Positions 48,737-58,173 of a DNA stretch of 64,000 bases are shown here, piece after piece. Each line of letters opens with the position of its first letter. Positions within the stretch are counted from its first letter, which is position 1. The DNA comes from Steroidobacteraceae bacterium (lineage in GTDB: Bacteria > Pseudomonadota > Gammaproteobacteria > Steroidobacterales > Steroidobacteraceae), in NCBI GenBank assembly GCA_041910015.1, contig JAYRRR010000006.1, positions 1,503 through 65,502 on the forward strand, given 5' to 3'. The notes below the pieces were generated by a model, which was given only the letters and a program-made list of their open reading frames with translations, had not been told where the DNA came from and did no database searches. The translations under genes were made by a program, and so were the position numbers.

Positions 48737-49636
48737 ATGAACCGATCGCTGGCCAGGTGGCTCGCCGACAATCCGGGCGGGGCCGTCGCGCTGACGGGCC
48801 TGCTGGGCCTGCTGCCGCTGCTCGGCGTGGGGTTCGCGTTCTTCCTGCCGGGCGCCGTGCCCGCTCTCGTCACGCTGGTGCGCGGCGCGCGCATGGGCGC
48901 GGTCGTGGCGCTGGGCGGCAGCGCGTTGCTCGGCGCGTCGATGCTGCTGTTCGGCCGGCCGATGGCCGTGGGTCTGATCTACTCGGTCTGGGTGCTGGGG
49001 CCGCCGCTGGCGCTGGCGCTGCTGCTCGAGAGGACGGGCTCGCTGTCGCTGTGCCTGCAGGTCGCGACGCTGGCCGGCACGATGATGCTGGTCGTCCTGC
49101 ACCTGTCGTTCGGCGACCCGGAGCAGTTCTGGGCGCCGTTCGTGCGCGACCTGGCGCAGGAGATGCAGAAGCACGGCCTGCCGACCAACCTCTTCGACGA
49201 AGGGCTCGCGGAGACGCTGGCCCGGACGCTGTGGGGCTGGGTGGTGGTCCTGACGATGCTGCTCGCGATGTGCGCACTGTTCCTGGCGCGCTGGTGGCAG
49301 TCGTTGCCGGAGCACGCGGGCAGTTTCGGCGTCGAGTTCCGCGGCCTGCGTCTGGGCCGGGTGCTCGGCGTCGTGGCGGCGGTCGTCGTTGCGGCGTCGC
49401 TGTGGCTGGCGGAGCCGCTCGTCGACGACATCGGACGTCTGTTCGTGGGCGCGCTGGTCATGGTCGGGCTCGCGGTGATGCACGGCGCGGTCGCCCGGCG
49501 CAAGCTGGCGGCCGTGTGGCTGTGGCTTACCTACGTCGCGCTCGTGCTGCTGCCGCCCGCGGCGGTGGCCGTGCTGGCGGGGTGGGGATTCGTGGACAAC
49601 TGGTTCCGGTCGCGACGCGTGGAGACGGTGGCGTAG
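48737..49636 (+). CDS. polytopic membrane protein of unknown function (conserved slot between rpsR and rplI)
   Basis: About 300 aa with 7-8 hydrophobic segments. A gene sits in the same position in Pseudomonas-type rpsF operons. The start is either ATG 48737 or 48680. Confidence 0.65.
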   Translation: MNRSLARWLADNPGGAVALTGLLGLLPLLGVGFAFFLPGAVPALVTLVRGARMGAVVALGGSALLGASMLLFGRPMAVGLIYSVWVLGPPLALALLLERTGSLSLCLQVATLAGTMMLVVLHLSFGDPEQFWAPFVRDLAQEMQKHGLPTNLFDEGLAETLARTLWGWVVVLTMLLAMCALFLARWWQSLPEHAGSFGVEFRGLRLGRVLGVVAAVVVAASLWLAEPLVDDIGRLFVGALVMVGLAVMHGAVARRKLAAVWLWLTYVALVLLPPAAVAVLAGWGFVDNWFRSRRVETVA

Positions 49637-49696
49637 CGGCGCAAGCACAGACGACAGTCGACCGTCCGGATAGATCGAACGTTCGAGGAAACAAAG

Positions 49697-50146
49697 ATGG
49701 AAGTCATCCTGCTGCAGAAGGTTGCCAACCTGGGCAACATCGGCGACAAGGTCAAGGTGAAGCCGGGTTATGGCCGCAATTTCCTGCTGCCGTCCGGCAA
49801 GGCCGCGCTGGCCACCGCCGCCAATCTGAAGAAGTTCGAAGCGCGTCGCGCGGAGCTCGAGAAGGCCGCGTCCGACTCGCTCACGCGCGCCCAGGGGCGC
49901 GCTCGCGAACTCGAGAACTTCAAGCTCGACCTGCGCGCCAAGGCGGGCGCCGAGGGCAAGCTCTTCGGCTCCGTCGGCACGGCCGACATCGCCGAGGAGC
50001 TCACGAAGGCCGGCATCGCCATCGAGCGCAGTGAAGTGCGCCTGCCGGGCGGTCCCATCCGGCTCGTCGGCGAGCATCACGTCAAGCTGCACCTGCACTC
50101 CGACGTCGAGATCGACCTCCCGATCACAATCACCGCTGTAGACTGA
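49697..50146 (+). CDS. rplI: 50S ribosomal protein L9
   Basis: [36 protein letters not shown]. Confidence 0.97.
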   Translation: MEVILLQKVANLGNIGDKVKVKPGYGRNFLLPSGKAALATAANLKKFEARRAELEKAASDSLTRAQGRARELENFKLDLRAKAGAEGKLFGSVGTADIAEELTKAGIAIERSEVRLPGGPIRLVGEHHVKLHLHSDVEIDLPITITAVD

Positions 50147-50151
50147 TCCCG

Positions 50152-50167
50152 CCCCGTTCGAACGGGG
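50152..50167 (+). terminator. perfect 16-nt palindrome CCCCGTTCGAACGGGG just after the rplI stop (possible attenuator or weak terminator, no U-tract)
   Basis: Read directly in the sequence: a 6-bp GC-rich stem with a 4-nt loop. The following sequence tagcatcc lacks a T run. Confidence 0.3.
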
Positions 50168-50181
50168 TAGCATCCGTCGTC

Positions 50182-51633
50182 ATGGAGCAGCAGGACAGCG
50201 ACGGCGGCCGGGGTTCCCGCGTTCGCCGCAGGCCGCGGCCCGGCGTGCCGGACGAGGCTGCCGTGCTGCGCGTGCCGCCGCAATCGCTCGAGGCCGAGCA
50301 GGCCGTGCTCGGCGGCCTGCTGCTCGACAACAGCAGTTGGGACGCGATTGCGGACCGGCTGCGCCCGGACGATTTCTATCGTCGCGACCACCAGCTCATC
50401 TACGAGGCCATCCTCGAGCTGTCGCAGAAGGGCGAGCCCAGCGACGCGGTGACGCTGGCGGAGCAGCTTGCGAGCAAGGGCCTCGCCGAGGAGACGGGCG
50501 GGCTTGCCTATCTCGCCGGGCTGGCGCGTGATACACCCACGGCGGAAAACATCAAGGCCTACGCGGACATCGTCCGCGAGCGGTCGTTGCTGCGGCAACT
50601 CATCCGGGTCAGTGGGGAAATCGCGGGCAGCTGCTACGAAGCCGAGGGGCGCCAGGCGAACGAACTCGTCGACGATGCCGAGCGCCGCATCTTCGAGATC
50701 GCCGAGAAGGGGCGCCGCCAGGGCACGGGCTTCGTGGCCGTGCGCGAAGTGCTCGGTGCCGCGATCGATCGCCTCGACATGCTGCACGCCTCGCAGGGAC
50801 AGCTCACTGGGCTCAGCACCGGCTATGCGGAACTCGACAAGATGACGGCCGGCCTGCAGCCCGGCGACCTGGTCATCGTCGCCGGCCGCCCGTCGATGGG
50901 CAAGACCACGCTCGCCCTCAACATCGCCGAGAACGCCGCCATCGCGCTCAACCGGCCGGTCGCCGTGTTCTCGATGGAAATGTCGCGCGAGCAGCTCGCG
51001 TTCCGCATGATTTCGTCGCTCGGTCGCGTCGACCAGAGCCACATGCGCACGGGCCTGTTCGGCGACGAGGACTGGGCGCGCATCAACAGCGCGATCGCAC
51101 AGATGAAGACGGCGCCGATGTACATCGACGATTCGGGCGCGCTCACGCCGACCGAGGTGCGCGCACGCGCACGCCGGCTCGCGCGCGACACCGAGAAGCT
51201 CGGCGGGCTGGGGCTGATCGTCGTCGACTATCTGCAGCTCATGCAGGTGCCGGGCAACAAGGAGAACCGCGCGACCGAGATCTCCGAGATCTCGCGCTCG
51301 CTCAAGGCGCTGGCCAAGGAGCTCAAGGTGCCGGTGATCGCGCTGTCGCAGTTGAACCGCGGCGTCGAGCAGCGCACCGACAAGAAGCCGGTGATGTCGG
51401 ATTTGAGGGAATCAGGGGCGATTGAACAGGACAGCGACCTGATCATGATGATCTACCGCGAGGAAGTGTACGACAAGGACACGCCGCGCAAGGGCATCGC
51501 GGACATCATCATCACCAAGCAGCGTAACGGCCCGACCGGCGAGGTGCATCTCACCTTCCTCGGCAAGTACACGCGCTTCGAGAACCTCGCGCACGGCGAC
51601 TACGGCCACTACGACAGCGGGCCGCAGTACTGA
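50182..51633 (+). CDS. dnaB: replicative DNA helicase DnaB
   Basis: PPQSLEAEQAVLGGLLLDN, Walker A GRPSMGKTT, IVVDYLQLM, SQLNRGVEQR. Confidence 0.96.
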   Translation: MEQQDSDGGRGSRVRRRPRPGVPDEAAVLRVPPQSLEAEQAVLGGLLLDNSSWDAIADRLRPDDFYRRDHQLIYEAILELSQKGEPSDAVTLAEQLASKGLAEETGGLAYLAGLARDTPTAENIKAYADIVRERSLLRQLIRVSGEIAGSCYEAEGRQANELVDDAERRIFEIAEKGRRQGTGFVAVREVLGAAIDRLDMLHASQGQLTGLSTGYAELDKMTAGLQPGDLVIVAGRPSMGKTTLALNIAENAAIALNRPVAVFSMEMSREQLAFRMISSLGRVDQSHMRTGLFGDEDWARINSAIAQMKTAPMYIDDSGALTPTEVRARARRLARDTEKLGGLGLIVVDYLQLMQVPGNKENRATEISEISRSLKALAKELKVPVIALSQLNRGVEQRTDKKPVMSDLRESGAIEQDSDLIMMIYREEVYDKDTPRKGIADIIITKQRNGPTGEVHLTFLGKYTRFENLAHGDYGHYDSGPQY

Positions 51634-51668
51634 TCAGCCCGCGCCCGCAGCCGGGACACATCCAGTCA

Positions 51669-52751
51669 ATGAAGAGCCACGCCCTCATTCGCGCGGTCGT
51701 CGACGCAGCGGCGCTGCGTCACAACCTGCGCCAGGTGCGACGCATCGCGCCGGACAGCCGCGTGATGGCGGTCATCAAGGCGAATGCGTACGGTCACGGG
51801 CTCGTCCCGGCGGCCAAGGCTTTTGCCGAGGCCGACGCATTCGCCGTCGCGAGACTCGAAGAAGGACTCGCGCTGCGCGCGGCGGGGCTCACCAACCGCA
51901 TCCTGCTGCTCGAAGGCGTGTTCGGTCCCGATCAGCTCGACGTGGCTGCGCGTGAACGTTTCGAGCTGATGGTGCACAGCGTCGAACAGCTCGAGCTGCT
52001 CGAGGGCCTCGCGGGCGGCGATCCCGTCACCGCGTGGATCAAGGTCGACACCGGCATGAACCGCCTCGGGTTCCGCCTCGAGGCATTCGCTTCCGCGTAT
52101 GAGCGACTGTGCCGCAACCCGCACGTGACCGCCGCGCCGACGCTGGTCACGCACCTCGCGTCGGCCGACGACCGGCGCGACCCCCGGACGCGCCAGCAAC
52201 TGGCGGCTTTCGAGGCCGCCACCGCCGGCCTGCCCGGTGCGCGCAGCATCGCGAACAGCGCCGGCGTGCTGGCGTGGCCCGCGGCGCGCGCGGACTGGGT
52301 GCGGCCCGGCCTGATGCTCTATGGCGTCTCGCCGTTTCCGAGCGGCAACGGCGCGGAACTCGGCCTGCGTCCGGCGATGACCTTGCGGACCGAAGTGATC
52401 GCCGTGAAGGACGTGCTGCCGGGGGAGACAGTCGGTTATGGCGGCGCGTGGATGGCCCAGCGTCCAACCCGTCTCGCCGTGGTCGCCGCCGGGTACGGGG
52501 ACGGTTACCCCCGCGGCACCCGGTCGGGGGCGCCCGTGCAGGTCAACGGCCACAGGGCGCCGCTGGTTGGCCGCGTCTCGATGGACATGATTGCGGTCGA
52601 TGTCACCGAGCTGCCCGCGGTCGCGGTGGGCGATCCGGTGGTGCTGTGGGGTGGAGAAATCCCGGTCGAGGAGATCGCGGCGCACGCCGGCGCGATCGCC
52701 TGGGACCTGCTCTGCGGCGTGAGCCAGCGCGTGCAGCTCGAAGCCGGCTAG
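51669..52751 (+). CDS. alr: alanine racemase
   Basis: The PLP-lysine motif AVIKANAYGHG is present. C-terminal domain with GYGDGYPR and VSMDMIAVDV. Confidence 0.94.
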   Translation: MKSHALIRAVVDAAALRHNLRQVRRIAPDSRVMAVIKANAYGHGLVPAAKAFAEADAFAVARLEEGLALRAAGLTNRILLLEGVFGPDQLDVAARERFELMVHSVEQLELLEGLAGGDPVTAWIKVDTGMNRLGFRLEAFASAYERLCRNPHVTAAPTLVTHLASADDRRDPRTRQQLAAFEAATAGLPGARSIANSAGVLAWPAARADWVRPGLMLYGVSPFPSGNGAELGLRPAMTLRTEVIAVKDVLPGETVGYGGAWMAQRPTRLAVVAAGYGDGYPRGTRSGAPVQVNGHRAPLVGRVSMDMIAVDVTELPAVAVGDPVVLWGGEIPVEEIAAHAGAIAWDLLCGVSQRVQLEAG

Positions 52752-53482
52752 CTCTCGAAGAACCCCATCTTCACGCCCGCGAGCTGCAGGACGTCGTTGT
52801 CGTGCAGACGGCGCGCCTGCGGCCCGATCGGCGCCCCGTTGACGAGCGGATAGTCGCCTTCCTTGCCGCTCTCGACGTGCACGATGTAGAAGCCGTCCGA
52901 CCGGCGCGTGATCGCAGCCACCTGCACGCCCGGGCGGCCGAGCGTCGTGAGCGTCTTGACCAGATCCAGTTCGCGGCCTGCGAACTGGCCGGAGAGCACC
53001 TGCAGCTTGGCGCGCGGCAGCGTGCCGTTGGTGAACGCGGGGGCGATCGACGCCGGCGCAGCGGCCGCCGCGGGGCCGTTGCCCGCGGGCGGCGCGATGC
53101 TTGCCGCCTTCTGCGCCGCACCCGCGACCAGCGAGGCCGCCTCGCGCGGGTTGATGACCATCGTCTTCTGGAATTCGTCCTGCGATTCGTCGGTCTCGCT
53201 GTCGACGAACCGCAGCGCGTGGTGGCCAACCGTGATCACGTCGCCGTGCTGCAGCGCGTGCTTCTTGATGATCTTGCCGTTGACGTACGTCCCGTTCGTG
53301 CTGTTCAGGTCTTCGAGGAACGAGTCGTTGAGGATGTTGATGACCAGAGCGTGGTGGCCGCTGACCGCCGGATTGTCGATGCGGATGTCGTTGTCCGGCA
53401 GCCGCCCGACCGTGTAGCGCTCCTTGCTCATGTTGTACTCGGCGAGCGTCTGCCCGTCGAGGTGCAATACCAACCTGGCCAT
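52748..53482 (-). CDS. FHA-domain protein (canonical N-terminal FHA plus degenerate C-terminal FHA-like domain)
   Basis: YTVGRLPDNDIRIDNPAVSGHHALV...STNGTYVNG is followed by an Ala/Pro-rich linker. A second module follows: TTLGRPGVQVAAI...PLVNGAPI. Confidence 0.85.
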   Translation of the reverse strand: MARLVLHLDGQTLAEYNMSKERYTVGRLPDNDIRIDNPAVSGHHALVINILNDSFLEDLNSTNGTYVNGKIIKKHALQHGDVITVGHHALRFVDSETDESQDEFQKTMVINPREAASLVAGAAQKAASIAPPAGNGPAAAAAPASIAPAFTNGTLPRAKLQVLSGQFAGRELDLVKTLTTLGRPGVQVAAITRRSDGFYIVHVESGKEGDYPLVNGAPIGPQARRLHDNDVLQLAGVKMGFFES

Positions 53483-53499
53483 GAGTGAACTGCGCTCCC

Positions 53500-54324
53500 T
53501 TAGCCGAACATCCCAAGTATGCGGTCGAGCACGCCGCGCTGCGCCGGGAACGAATCGAGCACCCGGACCAGCACGACCGAGACGTTGTCCCGACCCCCGT
53601 TTTCGTTGCTCAGTTGCACGAGCTGTCTGGCGACCGCGTCAAGGTTAGCACCAAAGGTGTTGATCGTTAACTGAATGTCGGAATCGTCGACCATGTCGCA
53701 CAGGCCGTCCGAGCAGAGCAGGTAGACGTCGTCCCGCTCGACCGGCACCTCGGTGATTTCCACGTCGACCGTCGGCTCGACCCCCAGCGCGCGGGTCACG
53801 TAGTTCTTGGCGGCCGCACGCTGGGCCTCTTCGGGCGTGTAGAAGCCGCGGGCCACGAGCTCCTGCAGCAGCGAATGGTCGCGGGTGACCTGCTCGAGCG
53901 TGCCCTGGCGCAGACGGTAGAGCCGGGAGTCGCCAACGTGGGCGACCGTCAGCCGGTCGTCGAAGAACAGTCCGGCCACGACGGTCGTGCCCATGCCCTC
54001 ACAGTGCACCTGCGTCTTCGCCGTCTGGTAGATGATCTTGTTGGCACGGTGGATGGCGTCCCGCAGCAGAATGCCCGGCCGGCTGAGGCCACTCGCGTCG
54101 TCGCGCAGCGTCAGGTTCTCGCGCTCGACGGCGTCCTTGAGCAGGCCCAGCACGGTGCGGACGGTGATGCCGCTCGCCACTTCGCCGGCCTTGTAGCCGC
54201 CCATGCCGTCGGCAAGCACGACGACGCCGATGTCCGCGTCGGTGCCGATCGTGTCCTCGTTGTGCTCGCGCACCCGACCGGTGTCGCTGAGCCCGACGCA
54301 GCGCAACTTGCCCTTCATTCGCAT
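53500..54324 (-). CDS. PP2C-family Ser/Thr protein phosphatase
   Basis: GRVREHNEDT, LADGMGG, LLCSDGL, GGRDNVSVVLV. ATG 54324 (MRMKGKL) lies within ORF 53500..54393. Confidence 0.9.
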   Translation of the reverse strand: MRMKGKLRCVGLSDTGRVREHNEDTIGTDADIGVVVLADGMGGYKAGEVASGITVRTVLGLLKDAVERENLTLRDDASGLSRPGILLRDAIHRANKIIYQTAKTQVHCEGMGTTVVAGLFFDDRLTVAHVGDSRLYRLRQGTLEQVTRDHSLLQELVARGFYTPEEAQRAAAKNYVTRALGVEPTVDVEITEVPVERDDVYLLCSDGLCDMVDDSDIQLTINTFGANLDAVARQLVQLSNENGGRDNVSVVLVRVLDSFPAQRGVLDRILGMFG

Positions 54325-54337
54325 CGTCGTCGCTCTG

Positions 54338-55258
54338 TCAGGCGGCCCCGCACCGCGCGGCCAGGTCGCGCAATGCGAGCGCGAACGCGGCACCGTTCGG
54401 ATACCTCGACACGGGTTCCTTGGCGAGCGCGCGGTCGAAGAACCCGTCGAGGCCTGCGGGCAGCGCCGGGTTGATTACGCGGATGCGCGGATGCGGCTCC
54501 TGCGCGATCTTGATCATCAGCGTCGGCATGTTGTCGCCGCGGAAGGGCAACTGGCCGGTCAGCAACTGGAACAGCGACACGGCGAGCGAGAACAGATCGG
54601 AACTTCCCGTCGGGTCGCGGCCCTGCAACTGCTCCGGCGACATGAACGACGGGGTACCGAGCACGACTCCCGTGCGCGTGCGCCCGGCGTCCGTCAGTCG
54701 GGCGATGCCGAAGTCCGTGATCTTGAGTTCTCCGCTCGGCGCTTCGAACATGATGTTGGCGGGCTTGATGTCGCGGTGCACGACCTGGTTCAGGTGTGCA
54801 TAGTGCAGCGCATCGGCCAGTCGCGCCACGATTTCGAGCGCGATCGCGGGGGGCAGCAGCCGCGTCTCGCTGGTGTACTCGACCAGGTGGCTGCCCCGGA
54901 GCAGTTCCATGGCGATGTAGGCCGTGCCCCGGTCCTCGCCGGCGTCGTAGATGGTGACGATGTGCGGGTGCGACAGGCGGCCGGCCATCTCCGCCTCGCG
55001 GAAGAACCGCGTGCGCGCCTGGTCGAGGTCCTCCGGCTCGAATTCATCGCCGAGACGGATGGCCTTCAGCGCGACCTCGCGGTTGATCCGTGGGTCGCGC
55101 GCGCGATAGACGATGCCCATCGCGCCCTTGCCCAGCTCGTTCAGCAGTTCGTAGCGGCCGAGTCTCACCGGCACCGCATGGCGTGTGGCAGGCTGTCGGC
55201 TCCGCCCGCCGGTGGAGTCGACGATCATCGTGGAATCGGCCTGGCTGCGTATCGTCAT
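54338..55258 (-). CDS. Hanks-type Ser/Thr protein kinase, catalytic domain only (~306 aa)
   Basis: GKGAMGIVY, VALKAI, HRDIKPANIM, DFGIA, GTPSFMSPE. No TM segment or sensor domain follows the kinase core. Confidence 0.88.
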   Translation of the reverse strand: MTIRSQADSTMIVDSTGGRSRQPATRHAVPVRLGRYELLNELGKGAMGIVYRARDPRINREVALKAIRLGDEFEPEDLDQARTRFFREAEMAGRLSHPHIVTIYDAGEDRGTAYIAMELLRGSHLVEYTSETRLLPPAIALEIVARLADALHYAHLNQVVHRDIKPANIMFEAPSGELKITDFGIARLTDAGRTRTGVVLGTPSFMSPEQLQGRDPTGSSDLFSLAVSLFQLLTGQLPFRGDNMPTLMIKIAQEPHPRIRVINPALPAGLDGFFDRALAKEPVSRYPNGAAFALALRDLAARCGAA

Positions 55259-55378
55259 GTTCGGACGGCAGTATAGGAGGGGGACTGGGCCCGGAATTGC
55301 CGCCGGCGTCACAGTCCGGAGGCGTCGGCCGCCGTGCTAGCATCCGTCCGCTTCGCAGCGATTCTCCATCCGGCCGTC

Positions 55379-56752
55379 ATGGCGCGACCCAAGACCAGCT
55401 ACGTTTGCGGCAATTGCGGCGCGCGCACGGCGCAGTGGCAGGGCCAATGCCCGGCCTGCGAGGCCTGGAACACGCTGGAAGTCGCCGTTTCATCGCTCGC
55501 CGCGGTTGCGCGTCGGGCCGCGTCGGGCGCGGCCACCGCGACCGGGCCCGCCAGCAGCCGGACCGTTGCGGAAATCGCGCAGGAGCGCGACGTCCGGGCC
55601 CGCACCGGCCTTGGTGAACTCGACCGCGTGCTCGGGGGCGGCCTCGTCGCCGGATCAGTCGTGCTGCTGGGCGGTGATCCCGGCATCGGCAAGTCGACGC
55701 TGCTGCTGCAGGCCGCCGACGCTCTGAGCCGCGAGCGGCCGGTGCTCTACGTCTCGGGCGAGGAATCCGTGCGCCAGGTCGCGGCGCGTGCGCAGCGCCT
55801 CGGGCTCGACGCGACGAGCCTGCGTCTGGCCGCGCAGACGCGGGTCGAAGCGGTGCTGGAGGAGGCGATCGCCGCGCGTGTCGAGGTGCTGGTGATCGAC
55901 TCGATCCAGACCATGCAGACGGAGCTGAGCGAGTCCTCGGCGGGTTCGGCGGTGCAGGTGCGGGAGTCGGCCGCGCGGCTCGTGCGGTTCGCGAAAGAGA
56001 CGGGCACTGCGGTCCTGCTGATCGGTCACGTGACCAAGGAAGGACAGATCGCCGGGCCGCGCATCCTGGAGCACATGGTCGACACCGTGCTGTACTTCGA
56101 GAGCGACCCGGCGAGCCGCTTCCGGGTCGTGCGCGCCGTCAAGAACCGCTTCGGGAGCGCAAATGAACTCGGCGTTTTCGTCATGGCCGAGCAGGGTCTG
56201 CGCGAAGTGCGCAATCCCTCGGCCATCTTCCTGTCTCGGCATCCGCAGCCGGTCGCCGGCAGCGTCGTGACGGTCGTGCGCGAAGGCAGCCGTCCGCTGC
56301 TCGTGGAGGTGCAGGCACTCGTCGACGACGCCCAGGGGATGAACCCGCGCCGCGTCGCGGTCGGCTTCGAGTCGAGCCGGCTGGCACTGCTGCTCGCGGT
56401 GCTGCATCGTCACGGCGGCATCTCGACGGCCGGTCGCGACGTGTTCGTCAACGTCGTCGGCGGCGTACGCATCGGCGAGACCTCCGCCGACCTGCCGGCG
56501 GTGCTCGCGGTGACGTCGAGCCTGCGCGACCGGCCCGTGGCCGTCGATACCGTGTGTTTCGGCGAGATCGGGCTCACGGGCGAGATCCGGCCGGTGCCCT
56601 TCGGCGAGGAGCGCCTGCGCGAGGCCGCGAAGCAGGGTTTTCGGCGTGCGCTGGTGCCGGCGGCGAACGCGCCGCGCAAGGGCGCAGCGCTCGAGGGCAT
56701 CGAGGTTGCGGGGGTGGGCAGCCTGCAGGAGGCGCTCGAGCAGGCGACGTGA
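55379..56752 (+). CDS. radA: DNA repair protein RadA (Sms)
   Basis: Zn-finger YVCGNCGARTAQWQGQCPAC, Walker A GGDPGIGKSTL, KNRFG, and a Lon-like C-domain. Confidence 0.95.
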   Translation: MARPKTSYVCGNCGARTAQWQGQCPACEAWNTLEVAVSSLAAVARRAASGAATATGPASSRTVAEIAQERDVRARTGLGELDRVLGGGLVAGSVVLLGGDPGIGKSTLLLQAADALSRERPVLYVSGEESVRQVAARAQRLGLDATSLRLAAQTRVEAVLEEAIAARVEVLVIDSIQTMQTELSESSAGSAVQVRESAARLVRFAKETGTAVLLIGHVTKEGQIAGPRILEHMVDTVLYFESDPASRFRVVRAVKNRFGSANELGVFVMAEQGLREVRNPSAIFLSRHPQPVAGSVVTVVREGSRPLLVEVQALVDDAQGMNPRRVAVGFESSRLALLLAVLHRHGGISTAGRDVFVNVVGGVRIGETSADLPAVLAVTSSLRDRPVAVDTVCFGEIGLTGEIRPVPFGEERLREAAKQGFRRALVPAANAPRKGAALEGIEVAGVGSLQEALEQAT

Positions 56753-56868
56753 AAGGGCGCCGTGCCACCGCGGTCATACGCTGTCGCAGCGTCAGCAGGC
56801 GCGGCGGCAGCAGCAACAACGGCGGCAACCAGCTGGCCCTGCTGTAACCGAAACCGTAGCACCGGCAC

Positions 56869-58158
56869 CTAACCCTGCGGCTTGTCGACCTGCGCGCTCG
56901 CGACGGGCCGCAGCCGTACCGTCCGGACGGCGTTGTCGGTGACCTGCAGCACTTCCAGCGAATAGTCGCCGATGCGCAGGCGTTGCCCCGGGACCGGTAT
57001 CGTCTCCATCTGCTCGACGATCAGGCCGTTCAACGTGCGCGGGCCGCTCGCCGGCAGCGTCCAGCCCATCTTGCGGTTCAGCGTGCGCACACTCGCGGAG
57101 GCGTTGACGACGAAGCTGTCGCTGCGCTCGCGGTGGACGTCCTTGTGCAGGATGCTCGTGTCGGACGTGAACTCGCCGACAATCTCCTCGAGCAGGTCCT
57201 CCAGCGTGACGAGCCCCTGCACGTCGCCGTATTCGTCGACGACGAACGCGACGCGGCGCCGCTGCCGCTGGAACTGCAGCAACTGCGTGTTGAGCGAAGT
57301 GCCCTCGGGCACGTAGTAGGGCTCGCGCGTCTTCGTCAGCGCGACGAGCTGGTCGCGGTCGAACTCGCCGCGCGCCAGCAGCCGCGCGACCTGCTTCATG
57401 TGCAATACGCCGACCAGCGCCTCGAGATTGCCCTCGTAGACCGGGATGCGCGTGTGGCGGCAGTCGCGGATCTGTTCGACGACGTCGTCCCAGTCGTCGG
57501 TGAGGTCGATGCCGTGGATCTCGTGCCGCGGCACCATGATGTCCTCGACGGTGATCTTCTCGAGGTCGAGGATGCTCATCAGCATGCGCTGGTGGCGGTG
57601 CGGGATCACCGTGCTCGCTTCGGCGACGACCGTGCGCAACTCCTCGCTGCTGAGCGAGGTGCGGCTTGCCTCGTCGCGCGTGATGCCGAGCAGCCGCAGT
57701 ACGCCATTGGCGATCAGGTTGGTTGCCGCGACGATCGGGTAGAGCACCTTGAGCAGGCCGGTGTAGACGACGGCGGCCGGCAGCGCGATCCGTTCGGGGT
57801 AGAGCGCGCCGAAGGTCTTCGGGGCCACTTCGCCGAAGATGATCAGCACGACGGTGAACACGGCGACGCCGACTGCGGCGAGGGTCTCGCCGCCCATCTG
57901 CAGCGTGATCACCGTGACCAGCGCCGCCGCGGCCGAGTTGACGAAGTTGTTGATGATCAGGATCGTGCCGATCAGGCGGTCAGGCCGCTCGAGCAGCTGC
58001 TCGGTCATGCGCGCCGACGAGCTGCCCTCGCGTGCGAGGTGACGCAGACGGTAGCGGTTGACGCTCATCAGCGCCGTCTCGGTGGCCGAGGAGAAGGCCG
58101 AGAGCAGGATGGCGACCAGCAGCAGCAGCGACAGGACGGGCAGCGAGGGGACGCCCAT
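56869..58158 (-). CDS. CNNM/HlyC-CorC family transporter (DUF21 + CBS pair + CorC_HlyC)
   Basis: N-terminal 4-TM DUF21 (SATETALMSVNRYRL). CBS region followed by VDEYGDVQGLVTLEDLLEEIVGEF. Confidence 0.88.
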   Translation of the reverse strand: MGVPSLPVLSLLLLVAILLSAFSSATETALMSVNRYRLRHLAREGSSSARMTEQLLERPDRLIGTILIINNFVNSAAAALVTVITLQMGGETLAAVGVAVFTVVLIIFGEVAPKTFGALYPERIALPAAVVYTGLLKVLYPIVAATNLIANGVLRLLGITRDEASRTSLSSEELRTVVAEASTVIPHRHQRMLMSILDLEKITVEDIMVPRHEIHGIDLTDDWDDVVEQIRDCRHTRIPVYEGNLEALVGVLHMKQVARLLARGEFDRDQLVALTKTREPYYVPEGTSLNTQLLQFQRQRRRVAFVVDEYGDVQGLVTLEDLLEEIVGEFTSDTSILHKDVHRERSDSFVVNASASVRTLNRKMGWTLPASGPRTLNGLIVEQMETIPVPGQRLRIGDYSLEVLQVTDNAVRTVRLRPVASAQVDKPQG

Positions 58159-58173
58159 GGCGGCGGTTCGGCC

